64,000 bases of DNA from Candidatus Dojkabacteria bacterium (GCA_016927655.1 JAFGMG010000001.1:115599-179598), one strand, 5' to 3'; numbered from the stretch's first letter, positions 1 through 8,981 are shown. Notes: generated by a model from the letters alone, not told the origin. Numbers and translations are program-made.

Positions 1-513
1 GACCTCTAGAGCTTTTACAGGATCTCTCTCAATTTGAACACTGCAGCAATTTTTCCTGGCTTTATTGATCGTTCTTTTCATCGAAGAAGAAAGCCCTCTC
101 CACAGTTCTTCTTCATTCTTTGCCAGATCAATAATATTTGTTTGATTTGGCTGAATAGTTTTGCCAGTAATTTTGAAGCCGGCTTGCGAAAACGACTCCT
201 GACCCTTGGTCATATTTGGATCTATTATCAAATGAGACAGTTTCAAATCTTCTTTGGCATATTCAGTAAGTTCTATCAGCATCCAGTTCTCCAAAATATC
301 ATCCGAGAAACCTCTTGCGATATAGCCAAATTTGAAACCAAAAATTGGGAATTTTTTATAAAAAATTGTAACTGGGAAATTGCCGACAATTAATCTTTCT
401 ACTTTCCAGTCAGCGGATTTGATCTCTCCCCACTGCCAGGACTGCAGAATTGAGAATTTGTGTTTTTGAAACAATTCATCGTATTGCTTTTTATCAACAG
501 CCTTTATTATCAT
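1..513 (-). CDS. FemAB-family peptidoglycan bridge aminoacyltransferase (3'-truncated by window edge)
   Basis: Minus-strand ORF from ATG (rc of 511-513) to the window edge, not in the ORF table because it has no stop. Translation MIIKAVDKKQYDELFQKHKFSILQSWQWGEIKSADW...FGFKFGYIARGF... matches the N-terminal pattern of FemX/FemAB transferases (F.QS..W...GW ... YA.RGP). The listed + ORF 34..393 is its antisense. Confidence 0.6.
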   Translation of the reverse strand, partial: MIIKAVDKKQYDELFQKHKFSILQSWQWGEIKSADWKVERLIVGNFPVTIFYKKFPIFGFKFGYIARGFSDDILENWMLIELTEYAKEDLKLSHLIIDPNMTKGQESFSQAGFKITGKTIQPNQTNIIDLAKNEEELWRGLSSSMKRTINKARKNCCSVQIERDPVKALEV

Positions 514-585
514 TTATAATATTATAGCAAAGAGATTGGCAAGTGTCTGATTTTATGCAAGAATGAATTCAGATCGAAGAAATAG

Positions 586-1689
586 ATGAAAAAAACGTTA
601 TTATTTTTTCTCTTCTTATTTGCTCTCTTCTTAGGGATTGCGGTCACCCTATTTGGCATTTTCCTTTATACAAATTACTATAAATCTTCTACAGAGGAAA
701 CCGCAGAAGAATCCGAAGAAACCCCGCCTGCTAGAAATTATCAGCTAAATAAAGAAGTCTCGGCTTATATCCCCTGGTGGGATCAGGACGCAGCATTCGA
801 AAGCCTGCAGACAAATAAAGACTACATACAAACAGTACATCCCTTCTGGTATGAAGTAAAAGCTGATGGCAGTATTGATAAATTCAGCGGTGCAGAAGAT
901 CAGGAAATTATTGATTTTTGCAAAGATAATAATATCCAAATCATCCCCGCAATTTCAAATGAACAGGACCCTTTACCTGTAGAAGCGATTTTTGATAGCC
1001 CAGTCATTGTTGAACAACATGTTCAAAATATTACCAATCTTGTTTTGGAAAATGGGTTTGACGGGGTTGATATTGACTATGAAAGTCTTGAAACAGCCGA
1101 CCGTGAAGATTTTTCCAGTTTTATTGTTCAATTAGCAGTAAGCTTGAAAGAACAAAATAAACTTTTAACCGTAGCTGTGCACGCAAAGACTTCTGACGAA
1201 GGAACGTGGGATGGTCCTGCTGCACAAGATTGGATGGTTTTCAATGAATTTACAGACGGGGTCAATATCATGGCTTATGATTATCATTGGTCGACATCTG
1301 AAGCTGGCGATATAGCACCGGTTGACTGGGTTGAAGATGTCCTGGATTATGCTGTTACAGTGATCGAGCCCGAAAAGATTCATCTTGGCGTCCATTTCTA
1401 CGGCTATGACTGGCTGGCAGAAGAAGCTGAAGATCTGACCTATACAGACGTGCAGGAAATCATCGCCGCAGAAAATATCACCACCATTGATGTTTCAACT
1501 GGACTGGAAAATTATTTTACCTACAAAGATACTTTAAACAAAACTCATACAGTTTATTTCGCCGATAGTTATACAATTGCACCAAAAATTGACCTTGTAA
1601 ACCAATTCGATATTGGAGGAATAAGCATTTGGAGATTGGGGAATGAAGATCCTGAAAACTGGGATGTTATTTCAGATAAGTTTATTTAA
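586..1689 (+). CDS. Glycoside hydrolase family 18 (chitinase-like) with N-terminal membrane anchor
   Basis: DGVDIDYE catalytic motif (DxxDxDxE of GH18). N-terminal hydrophobic helix LLFFLFLFALFLGIAVTLFGIFLY. Confidence 0.75.
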   Translation: MKKTLLFFLFLFALFLGIAVTLFGIFLYTNYYKSSTEETAEESEETPPARNYQLNKEVSAYIPWWDQDAAFESLQTNKDYIQTVHPFWYEVKADGSIDKFSGAEDQEIIDFCKDNNIQIIPAISNEQDPLPVEAIFDSPVIVEQHVQNITNLVLENGFDGVDIDYESLETADREDFSSFIVQLAVSLKEQNKLLTVAVHAKTSDEGTWDGPAAQDWMVFNEFTDGVNIMAYDYHWSTSEAGDIAPVDWVEDVLDYAVTVIEPEKIHLGVHFYGYDWLAEEAEDLTYTDVQEIIAAENITTIDVSTGLENYFTYKDTLNKTHTVYFADSYTIAPKIDLVNQFDIGGISIWRLGNEDPENWDVISDKFI

Positions 1690-1713
1690 TTTAATTATTA
1701 TTCATACAATATT

Positions 1714-2364
1714 ATGTTCAAGAACTTACCATTAAAGCTGATTCTTGCTATTACTGGAGGGGTGGCCATTGTTGGTGCTGGAGTGTTGATACTTTATGAC
1801 AGGACGGACCTCTTCGATCGATTCCCCTTGATAGGAGAAGATGAAATAGAAATAGTTATCTGCGATGGAAGTATCTGCAAAAACAATGTAACCGACCAAA
1901 CTTCTGAAATGCTGATTTACAAAGGCGACTATGACGGAGTTGAAGAATTTGTTGAAGTAAACACTTCTCCTGATGGAAAGCACATCTGCTTTTTAGCGCA
2001 GGATATGGTCCCAAGATGGGTTTACTACGCTGAGGCCGATGGAACAGATGTCAGAGAAGAAATTGCACTTGCAATAAATTGTGTATGGTCAAATAACAGT
2101 GACAAATTTGCCTTTATCAATCACACAACTGACGTTTCTCCACATAATGTTTATGTATATGACATCGAAACAAAGGAAACAACGAATCTCACCGAGAGTG
2201 TAAATAGTTATGAAATTGAAAGGATATATCAAACTCCTGTCTGGTCGGATGATGATTCCACTATTAGAAGTAAATACATTCAATATGATTCAACTGCAGA
2301 CTGGGCAGAAACACAAGGAGAATCTGAGATAAACCTGGCAACTGGCGAAGTGACTGATTTGTAA
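1714..2364 (+). CDS. Membrane-anchored PD40/TolB-like beta-propeller repeat protein
   Basis: N-terminal TM helix. Repeated SPDGK...F / WS.DS.K.AF / VYVYD segments resemble WD40-like PD40 repeats. Confidence 0.4.
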   Translation: MFKNLPLKLILAITGGVAIVGAGVLILYDRTDLFDRFPLIGEDEIEIVICDGSICKNNVTDQTSEMLIYKGDYDGVEEFVEVNTSPDGKHICFLAQDMVPRWVYYAEADGTDVREEIALAINCVWSNNSDKFAFINHTTDVSPHNVYVYDIETKETTNLTESVNSYEIERIYQTPVWSDDDSTIRSKYIQYDSTADWAETQGESEINLATGEVTDL

Positions 2365-2389
2365 ACAATCCGTTGTTTACAACCATTAC

Positions 2390-3352
2390 TTACAAGTAGC
2401 CTGCTACTTGAGAATACCAGTTGGCGGCAATGATCGAATACCCGGATGTGTTCGGATGAGTTGAATCATACATCAGACTCGTTTTTGCCTGATGAGTCGA
2501 TGTATCATACAAATCCGACCAATTTGCAGTGAAGTATTTGTCATCTCCGGTAATTGAACTTGCCAATTTAGTGTTATAGTAAGAAATTGCCAGAGATCCC
2601 CATGTATCATATAAATTATTCGGAATAAATGCCGACAGAATCAATTTCGGATGGCTGCCATCCGGATTTGTGTGAGCTTTAACGGTATTTACTATCTGCT
2701 GGACCTCAGAAGCAGTTTGATTAACTACTGCATTAATTGTGTAAATATCGGCTTCTGCTATATCATTGCCGCCAACCATTAAAAGGACTACCTCTGGATT
2801 GTACTGGTTCAACCAGATGGATGTATTTGCCAGCACATTTTCTGCTTTGTAGCCATTTACGGCTTTGTTCACAACTGTGTATTCACCTGAGCCAAAAGCA
2901 CTATTAATTGAAGCCTGTAACTTTGCCGGATAGGTGCTTGAAGAGCCATTATATGGATAGCCGGCTGTAACGCTGTCTCCAAGGCATACAATATTTTCCG
3001 GCTCAGGCTCTGGAGTTGGTGCCGGAGTCGGCGTCGGGGCTGGCGTCGGAGTAGTTCCATCCTCAGTTCCATCCAAATCCTGCGAATTTGAACCAACACT
3101 GGAAGTACTATCTGTGTCAGATCGCCCCGCCCCATCTGGCAGATAAATATTTGCATTATCCCCTCTTCCATCAATATCAAAATTATAATTAATTTCCCCT
3201 TCCTCTGCTGCGCTTACATCCTGTTCATCCTGCTTATCATTGACAAAGACCCTAATCCAGCTGATTAAAACCAACAAAAACAAAGTAAAAATCAAAAACC
3301 CTACAAAAATCAGCCTGACATTTTTAGTTAGTCTTTTTTTTATCGACGTCAT
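2390..3352 (-). CDS. SGNH/GDSL family hydrolase with Pro-Thr-rich linker and N-terminal TM anchor
   Basis: GDSVTAGY block (GDSx catalytic Ser motif). TPTPAPTPTPAPTPEPEPE linker. N-terminal hydrophobic helix. Confidence 0.75.
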   Translation of the reverse strand: MTSIKKRLTKNVRLIFVGFLIFTLFLLVLISWIRVFVNDKQDEQDVSAAEEGEINYNFDIDGRGDNANIYLPDGAGRSDTDSTSSVGSNSQDLDGTEDGTTPTPAPTPTPAPTPEPEPENIVCLGDSVTAGYPYNGSSSTYPAKLQASINSAFGSGEYTVVNKAVNGYKAENVLANTSIWLNQYNPEVVLLMVGGNDIAEADIYTINAVVNQTASEVQQIVNTVKAHTNPDGSHPKLILSAFIPNNLYDTWGSLAISYYNTKLASSITGDDKYFTANWSDLYDTSTHQAKTSLMYDSTHPNTSGYSIIAANWYSQVAGYL

Positions 3353-3356
3353 CTAT

Positions 3357-4403
3357 TTACCTGCTATACAAAATTACAAATGTTCCACTTTCAAGAATGG
3401 CAACTCCCGGGTCTGCACCGTCCACTCTAGTGCCGGACTCCATAGTCCAACTCACCCCATCAGGCGAAATCGCGGATTTGACTCCATTGTCCGTTCCATA
3501 AAACCTCAATTTCCCCCCAATATTTATCACATCTCCAAGAAAAGTCATATCCGCATAAACGTCATCCTGTTGTATAAAGTCTATTCCTGTAGAAGATGTT
3601 GAATGAACATTCTTTTTTGTGCCGCTTACAGGCGCCGCACTCAGATCTTCCCCCGCTTCATGGAATGCTGTGTAATGGTGCCAGACACCATCGAAATACA
3701 CGACTGCAGGATCAAGGACCATCTGGCTTACCTCCAGCTGTTGCCCTTCGCTGACAAAAGTCCCATCAATTGTATCCGCCTTTGCGGAATATAGATTTGG
3801 GAACGCATCTCCCGGTGTCTGATATGTGAAATACAATCTGAAAGTGCCATCCTCTAGCTGCACCAAAGTAGGATCGACCGGATTTGGATTCGCCTCCATT
3901 TTTTGCGTGCTGCTTGTCAACCCGCTAAATTCAACTTTTTTAATTTTCGACCATGTTTGTCCACCGTCAGCAGAGATTGTGTAAACAATCTTGTCAAAAA
4001 GGCCCTCATTTACAAAAGAAAAATATTGGAAAGTTGCAATCAGATCTCCATCCCTGGTCGTTATCAGATTTGGGACGCCAGAATGACTCATGAAAAATTT
4101 ATCACCTGTAAAATCAAGTCCGTTGTTTGAACTCGAAAGATAGATATCCCCGTTCCATGGACCGGTATCAGCATTTTCCCCTCTTGCGATCCAGGCAGGC
4201 ATAGTATTGGTATCCTGTTCAAACACATCAGGTTCTAGGGAATAATCAATTTCCAAAATACTATTTTGACTGTCTTGTTTTTCATCATTCAAATCCTCTT
4301 TTTCATTGTCCCCAGGCAGCAAGAAAACTGCAATAAGTACGCCCAACAGGACAAGAAGGAATATAATTACCCCAATAAGCACCACTATAATTTTCCTGCT
4401 CAT
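3357..4403 (-). CDS. BNR-repeat (sialidase-like) glycosyl hydrolase, membrane anchored
   Basis: SADGGQTW matches the BNR/Asp-box SxDxGxTW. N-terminal TM helix. Beta-propeller-like composition. Confidence 0.55.
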   Translation of the reverse strand: MSRKIIVVLIGVIIFLLVLLGVLIAVFLLPGDNEKEDLNDEKQDSQNSILEIDYSLEPDVFEQDTNTMPAWIARGENADTGPWNGDIYLSSSNNGLDFTGDKFFMSHSGVPNLITTRDGDLIATFQYFSFVNEGLFDKIVYTISADGGQTWSKIKKVEFSGLTSSTQKMEANPNPVDPTLVQLEDGTFRLYFTYQTPGDAFPNLYSAKADTIDGTFVSEGQQLEVSQMVLDPAVVYFDGVWHHYTAFHEAGEDLSAAPVSGTKKNVHSTSSTGIDFIQQDDVYADMTFLGDVINIGGKLRFYGTDNGVKSAISPDGVSWTMESGTRVDGADPGVAILESGTFVILYSR

Positions 4404-4501
4404 CTAAAACTAATTAATAAATATTTACTCATTATAAAGAGCCTGCAGTCTTAAGTAAAACAAAATGGACACTAATGAATCGTATTTTGTATAATCATCA
4501 T

Positions 4502-5116
4502 ATGTGCTACAGATACTATATCGGGACGAATTTTTATATTGAAAAAAGGTTTTCTACTGTGCCCTTCGGGCTGGGACTGCAGCCAAATCTCAGTGCTTCC
4601 CCATCTCAGTTCCTGCCGATTATCCGCGAATCTGCAGAAGGCAGAAAAATTTCACTCGCTAAATGGGGACTGATTCCCTCGTGGGCCAAAAACGATGATT
4701 TTGCAAGTAAACTCGCCAATGCGAGATTGGAAAGTATCGAGACCAAACCATCGTTCGCAAGACCGTTTAAATTTAAGCGCTGCATTGTGCCAGTTTCCGG
4801 CTTCTATGAGTGGGAGCACAGGGAAGGAGAAAAGATCAAATACTCAATTGAACCAGAAGATGGAAATGGCTTTGGACTTGCAGGACTATGGGATGAGTGG
4901 ATGCCTCCAAACGGAGATCCAATCATAAGCTATACGATTCTAACCACCAATCCTACCCCTAAAATAAAGAAAATTCACCAGAGAATGCCAGTGATTCTTG
5001 AAAATGACGAGGAAAGTATTTGGCTTGCAGAGGACAGCAAGACAGATTCGCTAAAGCAATTATTTGATCCATATCCGTATAGAAAACTCAAAGTCTTTCA
5101 AACAGAAACCCACTAA
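4502..5116 (+). CDS. SOS response-associated peptidase (SRAP/YedK-type abasic-site processing protein)
   Basis: WGLIPSWAK and FYEW motifs of the SRAP family. The listed ORF starts at 4475, but the family's catalytic Met-Cys N-terminus corresponds to the MC at 4502-4507, so the start is probably 4502. Confidence 0.75.
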   Translation: MCYRYYIGTNFYIEKRFSTVPFGLGLQPNLSASPSQFLPIIRESAEGRKISLAKWGLIPSWAKNDDFASKLANARLESIETKPSFARPFKFKRCIVPVSGFYEWEHREGEKIKYSIEPEDGNGFGLAGLWDEWMPPNGDPIISYTILTTNPTPKIKKIHQRMPVILENDEESIWLAEDSKTDSLKQLFDPYPYRKLKVFQTETH

Positions 5117-5125
5117 ACCAGCAAT

Positions 5126-5749
5126 CTAGTTTTTGACGTCAATCCCGCCAAAAATCATAACCCCTTCTATCAATACAGTCACAGAAGAATCACTGTTTGA
5201 ATCTGTCTTATCCTCAACCCCTCCAAAAAGGGGCAATACGCTGCTTTTTACTTTCCATCCTTTTGGGATAATTATTTCATTACCGCCGAATAAGCTGAAA
5301 GTATCAATGTTTATAGTGTCTCCCGCTGGCTTAGCCTCTCTCAAATCGATATTATTACCCCCGAAAATTGCCGTTAGCGATGCCTTTTTAAAATTCTGTG
5401 ATTTAATTTTTCTCTCATTGCCAAAGAAAAATGCAAAATCATCAAGAGTATCACCTTCGTGGTGTTTCGATATCGGCGTTTTAAAAAGCCCAAAACTTCT
5501 CACCATCAGAATCAGCCCTACTAGAATAATTATCAACGGGAAGAAGTACTGCTCGATATCTGCCTCGAGAATATCTGAAAGAATAAAAAATATCCCCAAG
5601 AATAACAGGATGAATCCGGCAACCGGCTTTCTTTTCGCAAGAAGAAACAGCCCGATTATAAATAGAATCAGGCTCCAGAAACTCCCAAAACCTACCAGCA
5701 AGCTGATTCCAATTGTGATTAGAATAATGCCGCCAAATACATTACTCAT
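5126..5749 (-). CDS. LiaF-like membrane protein (DUF2154-type C-terminal domain)
   Basis: Three to four N-terminal TM helices, then repeated FGG.(N/E) beta-strand motifs (FGGNNIDL, FGGNEIII, FGGVED) typical of the LiaF C-terminal domain. The + ORF 5133..5762 is antisense to it. Confidence 0.45.
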   Translation of the reverse strand: MSNVFGGIILITIGISLLVGFGSFWSLILFIIGLFLLAKRKPVAGFILLFLGIFFILSDILEADIEQYFFPLIIILVGLILMVRSFGLFKTPISKHHEGDTLDDFAFFFGNERKIKSQNFKKASLTAIFGGNNIDLREAKPAGDTINIDTFSLFGGNEIIIPKGWKVKSSVLPLFGGVEDKTDSNSDSSVTVLIEGVMIFGGIDVKN

Positions 5750-5813
5750 ATGTCAAATTTAATAAGTAATTTAGAATATTTCGTTTAGCAGGTTTTATTA
5801 AATGACTAGATAG

Positions 5814-6218
5814 CTATTCGCCAAAATGTTCATCTTCCTCATCTTTAATGGCATCCTCTTTTGTCACATGGACTCTTCCGTCAATATGATTTGCAGGGGC
5901 ATAAACTGTATATAACTTCATTTCCTCAGTTTCTGAAGTATTTACAATATTGTGCTCTATTCCTGCCGGCACTACAATCGCAGAGCCATCTTTCAGTTCG
6001 TTTTCCTCACCATTCAGGACAGACTTCCCTTCTCCTTTGTCAATACGGATAAATTGATCGACTTTGTGATGGACTTCGCTCCCAATGTCTTCACCAGGCT
6101 TTAAAGACATAAGGACTAGCTGCATATGTTTACCTGTATAAAGAACTTTGCGGAAATTTGTATTATTGAGAGTTTCCTCTTCAATGTTGTCTACATAAGC
6201 CACTTTCGACATATTCAT
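5814..6218 (-). CDS. Cupin-domain protein
   Basis: Small beta-barrel protein with cupin-like G(x)5H..H and P.G..H.. pattern (HHKVDQFIRIDKGEG ... VVPAGIEHNIVN). Confidence 0.55.
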   Translation of the reverse strand: MNMSKVAYVDNIEEETLNNTNFRKVLYTGKHMQLVLMSLKPGEDIGSEVHHKVDQFIRIDKGEGKSVLNGEENELKDGSAIVVPAGIEHNIVNTSETEEMKLYTVYAPANHIDGRVHVTKEDAIKDEEDEHFGE

Positions 6219-6259
6219 GAATTACTTAGTAATAAATTAAGCAGTCTATCAAATACATA

Positions 6260-7027
6260 CTATCCTCTCAATGTCCCCGAGAAAACCTGCCATGCCAGGG
6301 CCGACTTGGCAAGCAGACTCAAAACTATATACATTCTTTCTCCAAACAAGTAATTTCTCCAGGGCCCGATTTTTTTGTACTGAAGGAACATATTGATAGC
6401 AAAAATATTGAAAAACAAGAAAAGCGAAATCAAAATTCCATAGACAAAAGTTGGAACTGAGTCTGAATAATTGTTAAGCGCTCCGTAGAAATACATTGCG
6501 ATAACGATCCAAGGAACAATTCCTGCAATGCAGCCAAATACAAAGCTCAGCCAGTTTGTTTTCTTTGTGGTTTGATTGTGCACTTCCATGATAAGCCCAA
6601 AGAAAATCATCATGGCGTTTAAAGTAAATATCAAAATCAAACTTGATAAATCATACATCCCGGAAAGCATAGCAATAATAACAATCATTAAAGAAGAACT
6701 GAAAGCATACTCATACCATCTAAGATAGTTGATTTTCTTTTTAAGATTCTCAACGTACCACTCATAAACAACCGGTAAAGTGAGCAGGAGATGCGCTAGT
6801 GCGGATATAAACAAGAACCCCGCTACTACAGGACCAATTTGAAGAGATGCCACCTCAACCGCATTTGGTGCAACGGAATTTTGGAAAGAATCATAGTCAA
6901 GATAAGAGGTTGTAATCGGCAGACTAAAACCATTACTTAAAACAAGCATTAAAACACCTTGAGCAAAATGTAAAATGGCCATAATGCCATTAAAGATTCT
7001 CAGATTCCGGAATTTCGTTTCGTCCAT
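6260..7027 (-). CDS. Heliorhodopsin (7-TM retinal protein, inverted topology)
   Basis: 255 aa, seven predicted TM helices. Strong similarity to heliorhodopsin hallmark segments: WYEYAFSSSLMIVIIA, FGCIAGIVPW, GERMYIVLSLLAKSALAWQVFSGTL (Lys in last helix = Schiff-base position). Confidence 0.8.
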   Translation of the reverse strand: MDETKFRNLRIFNGIMAILHFAQGVLMLVLSNGFSLPITTSYLDYDSFQNSVAPNAVEVASLQIGPVVAGFLFISALAHLLLTLPVVYEWYVENLKKKINYLRWYEYAFSSSLMIVIIAMLSGMYDLSSLILIFTLNAMMIFFGLIMEVHNQTTKKTNWLSFVFGCIAGIVPWIVIAMYFYGALNNYSDSVPTFVYGILISLFLFFNIFAINMFLQYKKIGPWRNYLFGERMYIVLSLLAKSALAWQVFSGTLRG

Positions 7028-7138
7028 AAAAAAAAATTAAAATATTAAATAGTCCGAGCTGCAAATTGCTCATTCACATAATAAAGAAAATGATGCGGAA
7101 AAGCAAAAGTGTTATAATTAAGGCAGAGTTTCGATGCA

Positions 7139-7211
7139 GCGCCTGTAGCTCAATGGATAGAGCAACGGTCTTCGGAACCGTAGGTTGGGGGTTCGACTCC
7201 CTTCGGGCGCA
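7139..7211 (+). tRNA. tRNA-Arg (anticodon TCG)
   Basis: Cloverleaf folded by eye: acceptor gcgcctg/cgggcgc, D-arm gctc-aatggata-gagc, anticodon arm acggt-CTTCGGA-accgt, T-loop ttcgact. 73 nt, no encoded CCA. Confidence 0.7.
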
Positions 7212-7347
7212 CATTTTATGATAAAATCGACAGTTTTCCTCCCGGATCAAATGACCAAAAGGAATTTGATCCGAAAAGGAGAAGACCACGGAAGCTAAAA
7301 TAAATGAGTTTACGAATTTATGTAAGCTGAAGTGCGTCTTCGACGCA

Positions 7348-7419
7348 GGGTTCGTAGCTCAATGGTAGAGCAACCGGCTCTTAACCGGTAGGTTGTGGGT
7401 TCGAGTCCCACCGGACTCA
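7348..7419 (+). tRNA. tRNA-Lys (anticodon CTT)
   Basis: Acceptor gggttcg/cggactc, D-arm gctc-aatggta-gagc, anticodon arm accgg-CTCTTAA-ccggt, T-arm gtggg-ttcgagt-cccac. 72 nt. Confidence 0.7.
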
Positions 7420-7435
7420 CGTTTTTTAACTGGGA

Positions 7436-8290
7436 TCAAACTACCTCCGTCTGTATTTGTTCTTGAACAAATTGCAAAGGCGTTTCCTTTTCGATTATTC
7501 TGACAAATTTTGAATCTTTTGAATGAGAAAGAAGATCCTGTAGCAGCTCTTTCCGTTTGATAAACGCTTCTATTTTTCCTTCTTTATACAAAGCCTTGTA
7601 GCTGTCATCCATTACCTCTACAATCGTAACCGCATTTGCATTGTGTCTTTCTACACCGGTTGCAATCACTAAAGAGTACGCATCAGGATCGGTAAATCTA
7701 TCATTGGCAAGAATTATAGAGGCCAGAGCTTCACTTGCATTGGCTTCAACAAATGTTTCTTTATCTATTGGGTTTGCGTATATGAAGTCAACTTCCTTTG
7801 GGAACGGGTTAAAATCCGTATCATTTGAGATCAGTACAATTTTCAGATGTTTCCCAAAATGCTCTCTTAATAATTTAACCACTCCTGCTGTCAGTGATGT
7901 ATAGCCGTAAATTACTACATGGTTGCTGTAGCCGATTCGAATTATTCCCTTTTCTCTTCGATCATATGTAATTCTGATTAGATCTGCGACTTCTGAAATA
8001 ACAATAGCCAGCAGAACCAACCCGGAAGCTATAACCAGAGCACCAAGAATTTTTCCTTCTACTGTGACTGGATACACATCTCCATATCCAAGTCCGGAAA
8101 TTGTCACAATCCACCACCAGAACATCTCTCCAAACGAATCGAACTGGATATTGACATCTCTTTCAACAGCAAAAACAATAAAGGTTATAGACAAAGAAAT
8201 TACGACTGTTATAGATATCCAGGCGAAAGAGTGTTTGATTCTATCTGTAATCTGCCTATTGAAACTGACCTTTTTCATAATTTCATTCAT
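7436..8290 (-). CDS. Potassium channel (2-TM pore with GYGD filter) fused to cytoplasmic RCK/TrkA-like domain
   Basis: TISGLGYGDVYPVT selectivity-filter motif. Two TM helices flank the pore helix. C-terminal Rossmann-like domain. Confidence 0.75.
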   Translation of the reverse strand: MNEIMKKVSFNRQITDRIKHSFAWISITVVISLSITFIVFAVERDVNIQFDSFGEMFWWWIVTISGLGYGDVYPVTVEGKILGALVIASGLVLLAIVISEVADLIRITYDRREKGIIRIGYSNHVVIYGYTSLTAGVVKLLREHFGKHLKIVLISNDTDFNPFPKEVDFIYANPIDKETFVEANASEALASIILANDRFTDPDAYSLVIATGVERHNANAVTIVEVMDDSYKALYKEGKIEAFIKRKELLQDLLSHSKDSKFVRIIEKETPLQFVQEQIQTEVV

Positions 8291-8401
8291 GAGAATACTT
8301 ACTAATAGATGAAAGCAGTATAGCTAAAAGATGAGGGAAAGTTAAGAAGAGAACAAATCTCAATGAGATATAGAATGCCTATTTACGAATAGATAGCTAT
8401 A

Positions 8402-8653
8402 GTGGTAGAATCGAGAAATTTTTATCACAGAATAATGAGTATACAACCTGGACCTGAATGCTCAGCAGTTGGGTGTCCTTTCGAGGGAAATTGTATACTT
8501 GACCCCAAGGTACCAGCACAAATTATTGCGGACATCGCCCGGGAAAATGGGATGCAGGGACAACTTATTAGATGCCCTAGATCTCCGAACTATGATCTCG
8601 AGGGAACCTTAGAAGAAATACGGACCCAAGAAAATGCTCAACAACCAGAATAA
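8402..8653 (+). CDS. Hypothetical small protein (Cys-containing, slightly higher GC)
   Basis: ORF only; no recognisable family. Start may be the internal Met at about 8435. Located between the K+ channel and tRNA-Leu. Confidence 0.25.
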   Translation: MVESRNFYHRIMSIQPGPECSAVGCPFEGNCILDPKVPAQIIADIARENGMQGQLIRCPRSPNYDLEGTLEEIRTQENAQQPE

Positions 8654-8771
8654 ATTACTTGGCAAATTTATTGTTTTGGGTACTGATCCACAACTACTAT
8701 AATAATCTTCTAATTCTAGCTTCTCAGCTAAATGATGTAAATGGTATAATTCTGCTGCTGTTTAACAATAT

Positions 8772-8859
8772 GCAGACGTGGTGGAATTGGTAGACACGCT
8801 ACCTTGAGGTGGTAGTGCCCATAATTACGGGTGTGGAGGTTCAAATCCTCTCGTCTGCA
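8772..8859 (+). tRNA. tRNA-Leu (anticodon GAG), long variable arm
   Basis: Acceptor gcagacg/cgtctgc, anticodon arm ctacc-TTGAGGT-ggtag, long variable arm tgcccataattacgggtg, T-loop ttcaaat. 88 nt. Confidence 0.7.
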
Positions 8860-8890
8860 CTTAAAAGATTAGCAGAAATCCAAAATTTTC

Positions 8891-8899
8891 TGATATAAT
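8891..8899 (+). promoter_or_regulatory. Extended -10 promoter-like element (TGaTATAAT) upstream of the tRNA fragment / GIY-YIG gene
   Basis: tgatataat at 8891-8899, with a weak -35-like ttagca at 8869-8874 (19-nt spacer). Sits 14 nt upstream of the tRNA-like fragment. Confidence 0.35.
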
Positions 8900-8912
8900 C
8901 TTTATGTCCTTT

Positions 8913-8968
8913 GGGGTTGTAGCTCAATTGGTTAGAGCATCCCGGTCTTACCGGGAGGGTCGCGAGTT
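8913..8968 (+). pseudogene. Truncated tRNA gene copy (5' acceptor, D-arm, Lys-CTT-type anticodon arm, T-stem 5' strand) interrupted in the T-loop
   Basis: The first 27 nt (ggggttgtagctcaattggttagagca) are identical to intact tRNA-Asp at 9230. The anticodon arm tcccg-GTCTTAC-cggga carries a Lys(CTT) anticodon. Sequence follows the tRNA through gcgag-tt, then diverges (ttagaattggcac-ATG), so there is no 3' acceptor strand. Confidence 0.55.
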
Positions 8969-8981
8969 TTAGAATTGGCAC

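Noticed and set aside
34-393. Listed + strand ORF of 119 aa at the window start
   Set aside because: It is antisense to a much better supported minus-strand FemAB-family reading frame that spans 1-513 with family-typical motifs.
3000-3065. Short tandem nucleotide repeats (ggcgtcgg / ggagtcgg units), a possible CRISPR or VNTR
   Set aside because: They encode the in-frame Pro-Thr/Pro-Ala linker (TPTPAPTPTPAPTPEPEPE) of the GDSL hydrolase and have no spacer-repeat architecture.
5133-5762. 209-aa + strand ORF fully overlapping the minus-strand ORF 5126-5749
   Set aside because: The minus-strand product has coherent TM helices and LiaF-like FGG repeats. The + strand translation is Pro/Ser/Ile-rich antisense noise.
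7074-7289. 71-aa minus-strand ORF
   Set aside because: It overlaps the tRNA-Arg gene and its flanks. Low-complexity translation; tRNA call preferred.
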